Shown in pieces: positions 61,021 to 64,000 of a stretch of 64,000 nt of DNA. This DNA comes from Candidatus Bathyarchaeota archaeon (GTDB taxonomy: Archaea > Thermoproteota > Bathyarchaeia > Bathyarchaeales > Bathycorpusculaceae): positions 512,001 to 576,000 of the forward strand of contig CAVYES010000004.1 of the NCBI GenBank assembly GCA_963767735.1, written 5' to 3'. Numbering within the stretch: the stretch's first letter is position 1; the number at the start of each line of letters is the position of its first letter. A program made the translations under genes and the position numbers. A model generated the notes under the pieces. That model saw only the letters and a list, made by a program, of their open reading frames with translations, was not told the DNA's origin and made no database searches.

Positions 61021-61435
61021 TTTATCAACTCTTACCTTTTTTGTCTCAAGGGTAACACAACTGTATCGTAATATTTAATATATAAATGTTGACAAAACGT
61101 TGAAAAAAGTAACAACTGTAGAGCACATATTCAAGTGCTACTAATTAGTGAGTTATGAGTAAAGAACAAACCGGGACTTGGCGTATTTTAGTTTTCAGCC
61201 ATATTGAGGGATATCTCTTTACGATGTTGTATTGACTTTTTTGATATGTTCGTTTAAATGTTTCCAAAACATGTAGCGACTTCGCCACGGTTCACCGTCA
61301 CAATAGGGACAACTAAACGTTGGCTCTCTCAATCAGCCATCACACCTTAACTTTAAAAAAGTATCTCATGCGCGATATATGAGTATGTGGCTGCAAAGGA
61401 ACTACAACGAAAAAATCGGCGAATCTTCAATCTTC

Positions 61436-61978
61436 CTATTTTGATAGAACGGACCTTGTGGTTCGCAAATAAACTTGAAAATCATTATCAGAGAATAAAA
61501 CGAAAATAACTTTCTCAAGCTTATCTTCTTTTTCCAAAAAATCTTTAACGGTTTTCACGGCTATTAGACTGGCGTCTTCAATGGGGTAACCATATGCTCC
61601 AGTGCTGATTGATGGAAACGCAATTGTCTTAAGTCCTTTGGTAACAGCAAGCTTTAACGAGTTTTTGTATGCTTGCTTCAGTAGTTCAGCTTCAACATGG
61701 AATCCTCCGAGCCACACGGGCCCGACCGTGTGAATGACATATTTGGCTTTTAAGTTGCCGCCTGAAGTAATGACTGCTTTTCCAGTTGGAAGACCATCTG
61801 GCCATTCCGTTGCCCTTATGCGTCGGCATTCCTCCAGAATCACAGGTCCGCCTTTGCGATGAATTGCCCCATCCACTCCGCCGCCGCCCATAAGTGATGA
61901 ATTTGCTGCGTTCACGATCGCGTCTGCTTCGATGTCTGTGAGGTCTCCTTTAATTAGTTGCAAGCGTGGCTTTTCCAA
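61436..61978 (-). CDS. Macro domain O-acetyl-ADP-ribose deacetylase
   Basis: GDLT, AIVNAAN..L.GGGGVDGAIH, HTVGP, AFPSISTG.YGYP. Confidence 0.93.
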   Translation of the reverse strand: MEKPRLQLIKGDLTDIEADAIVNAANSSLMGGGGVDGAIHRKGGPVILEECRRIRATEWPDGLPTGKAVITSGGNLKAKYVIHTVGPVWLGGFHVEAELLKQAYKNSLKLAVTKGLKTIAFPSISTGAYGYPIEDASLIAVKTVKDFLEKEDKLEKVIFVLFSDNDFQVYLRTTRSVLSK

Positions 61979-62014
61979 CTTGAAATTCCATGAGCATTAT
62001 TTCACTCTTGTTTA

Positions 62015-62668
62015 CTATATAACTATGCTAATGACTGAAGCTATGGCTGATCCCATAAAGTATGCGCCGAAACCTATGAAAACGGCCACGCAAAAAAGCG
62101 TTATTCCTATTCTTACCTTCTGGTTCCAGCGTTGAGACCAGAGTTGCTGTGATTTAAAAATCGCGAGTGCTATAACCGTGTAAAATGACAAGTCGCAGAG
62201 CCAATGCACTCCAGCAAACAGTGAAAAGCCTATTATCCCGAATAGTTGAGCGTTAAGAATCAGAGCTGTACCTATAGTTAACCACCAAAGGATAAAACCT
62301 GCGTTTACCGCGGTTGTATAAATTCCTGCTAGCACTGAATCTCGACTGGAACTAACAGGAGCATCCTCAGTTTTATTTCGTTTCCTAAACGTTTGAACAC
62401 CCATCAAAACCATCAATAAGCCGCCGACTGCTTCCACCGAAACCTGAACAAAACTCGGAATCTTAAATTGGCTTAAAACGAAAAAGATTGCAAGCATCAA
62501 TGGAAACTCAACTATTCCGTGGCCCACGGCGATTAATGCGCCTGTAGCTTTACGTTTAGTAGCTTTTTGAATAGTGACCGCGAATAATGGTCCAGGCATT
62601 AAAACGCCTGACAGCGAAATTAAAAAAACCGAAGCTAAAAACAAGTATTCGTTAGTGATAAAAGCCAT
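62015..62668 (-). CDS. LysE family transporter
   Basis: SG.LMPGP, GHG..E, N..F.LWW. Confidence 0.85.
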   Translation of the reverse strand: MAFITNEYLFLASVFLISLSGVLMPGPLFAVTIQKATKRKATGALIAVGHGIVEFPLMLAIFFVLSQFKIPSFVQVSVEAVGGLLMVLMGVQTFRKRNKTEDAPVSSSRDSVLAGIYTTAVNAGFILWWLTIGTALILNAQLFGIIGFSLFAGVHWLCDLSFYTVIALAIFKSQQLWSQRWNQKVRIGITLFCVAVFIGFGAYFMGSAIASVISIVI

Positions 62669-62691
62669 AGACCCTTAACTGCTCCTCCACA

Positions 62692-63300
62692 TCAATGCTT
62701 CCTTCCCACGGTTATTAAGAGAATCCGTGACCACCGCCATGGCTCTTGCTGTAACTCAACACTTAACTCTGCTTGCGTAAACATTTCGCGTATTTTTCCG
62801 GGATTGTTAAATCTGAAATGGCGAACGAAAAGTGATAACCAATGTGGAATTGTGATATCGGCCAGCAAAAACATTCCTTGCGGTCGTAAAACACGCGCGA
62901 TTTCGCTGATGCCCTTAGCTTGATTTGCCCAATGGTGAAATGAAAGGGTGCTAAAGGCAAGGTCAACGGAGGCATCCGGCAGAGGCAAGGCTTCAGCCAT
63001 AGCAACATGAAATTCTGCTTCTGAGAAAAGCTGAGTTGCCTGCTGTATCATTTTCTCGGCTGCATCAACACCAACCAAACGGGAATTGGGCCATTGTTGC
63101 TTGGCTTTTCTGAGAAGTCGTCCCGTTCCGCAACCCACATCCATAATGACTTCTGGGCTGCTTTGATTCTTAGCTAATTTTAAAACTCTTCTCTGCACCC
63201 TATCAAAAAAATAACTCTGGCTACTTGCAGTCTCATAAGTTGCTGCTCTGCGGTTGAAATGTTCAACATCAGGGTTCTGCTGCTCTGATCCCATGCTCAT
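62692..63300 (-). CDS. Class I SAM-dependent methyltransferase
   Basis: DVGCGTG, AEALP, FHHW, RVLRP.G. Confidence 0.9.
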   Translation of the reverse strand: MSMGSEQQNPDVEHFNRRAATYETASSQSYFFDRVQRRVLKLAKNQSSPEVIMDVGCGTGRLLRKAKQQWPNSRLVGVDAAEKMIQQATQLFSEAEFHVAMAEALPLPDASVDLAFSTLSFHHWANQAKGISEIARVLRPQGMFLLADITIPHWLSLFVRHFRFNNPGKIREMFTQAELSVELQQEPWRWSRILLITVGRKH

Positions 63301-63400
63301 TTCCTTAGGTAAATTGAAACAAACGTTTACCTTGCTTAAGTATTGTGGTTAATTAGCCTTTTCAGGTCTGGTTGTATACAAAAGCATCACCAAAACAAAG

Positions 63401-63958
63401 TTAATCGCATCTTTTCCCCTTCAGAAGCCGCGTCTGCATCTCCACGATTTCACCGCTGTCTTTCGCCAACGAGTAATTGTCTAGCAAAACGTTGTTCAGC
63501 TCGAAAAACGTGTGTCCCCAAGTGAAAATCGACAAAAGCTCTTCAGCTTCATTCTTGAAACCCGCAATATACAAGGCGGCAGCGATGGCTTCAGCGGTAG
63601 TTAGCTTTGTAAGTTTGCCATAATTAACAGGGTTGCCCGCAATCAAGATTGGCAAGCAGCGGCTGGTTCCTTTAACGTGTTTTCCCATAACTTTCTGGGC
63701 ATGTTCCCAACTGCAGTCCAACGCCGCCAACCCAAATTGCTCAAGCCGTTCCCTGTCTGCTGGAGAAAACGCAATCTTGCCGAAAGGGTTCAGGACGATG
63801 GCTCGCTTTGGCAAAAACCTTGCCTTAGTGACTATCCTAGCTAGTCCCCGACGTTTCAGCCTTAGCGCAGTGTTTTTTTTAGGGTCATCCTGCGCTGCAT
63901 GATAAATGTTAATCCTTACGGGGAAAGCTGGTTTTTGAGCAGCAGAGTTATTTTCCAC
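63401..63958 (-). CDS. tsr3: 16S rRNA aminocarboxypropyltransferase (DUF367)
   Basis: DDPKKNTA, DCSW, R.LP.L.AGNPVNYG...KLTTAEA, F.WG.TF. Confidence 0.92.
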   Translation of the reverse strand: MENNSAAQKPAFPVRINIYHAAQDDPKKNTALRLKRRGLARIVTKARFLPKRAIVLNPFGKIAFSPADRERLEQFGLAALDCSWEHAQKVMGKHVKGTSRCLPILIAGNPVNYGKLTKLTTAEAIAAALYIAGFKNEAEELLSIFTWGHTFFELNNVLLDNYSLAKDSGEIVEMQTRLLKGKRCD

Positions 63959-64000
63959 TTGGATTACGCACCTTCAAGTGACTCATAGGATCTTCCAAAA

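Noticed and set aside
221-63902. Many antisense or overlapping ORFs in the track (e.g. 2293..2604, 13517..13963, 30712..31098, 55943..56461)
   Set aside because: They shadow well-supported genes and have no recognisable motifs.

Overview
Archaeal chromosomal window, most likely Bathyarchaeia. This is inferred from archaeal Tsr3, UPF0200/UPF0201, DUF996, DUF5752 and DUF2769 genes, a PEF-CTERM surface protein, many small winged-helix regulators and PAS/REC kinases, and BHB-type tRNA splicing. Housekeeping blocks (dephospho-CoA kinase, MBL hydrolases, class II HMG-CoA reductase, glucan phosphorylase, mtnP-apt, macro domain, tsr3) alternate with accessory regions rich in gene fragments, IS remnants and short repeats. 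Strongest observations: (1) a tRNA-Ser(UGA) with a 30-nt intron at position 8/9 in a perfect bulge-helix-bulge, plus a 5' leader complementary to the 3' acceptor strand; (2) four copies of a TACTAY-N5-RTAGTA palindrome on the promoters of a BlaI/BlaR-like pair, an HtrA (apparent ACG start) and an ArsR-type regulator; (3) an array of related small membrane-protein genes separated by a conserved CCTTTTCCCAC-like motif; (4) a dispersed ~130-bp structured repeat, a tandem hairpin pair with compensatory changes, and 10-bp-period microarrays. Several homopolymer frameshifts suggest long-read errors. All calls come from reading the sequence; no searches were run.
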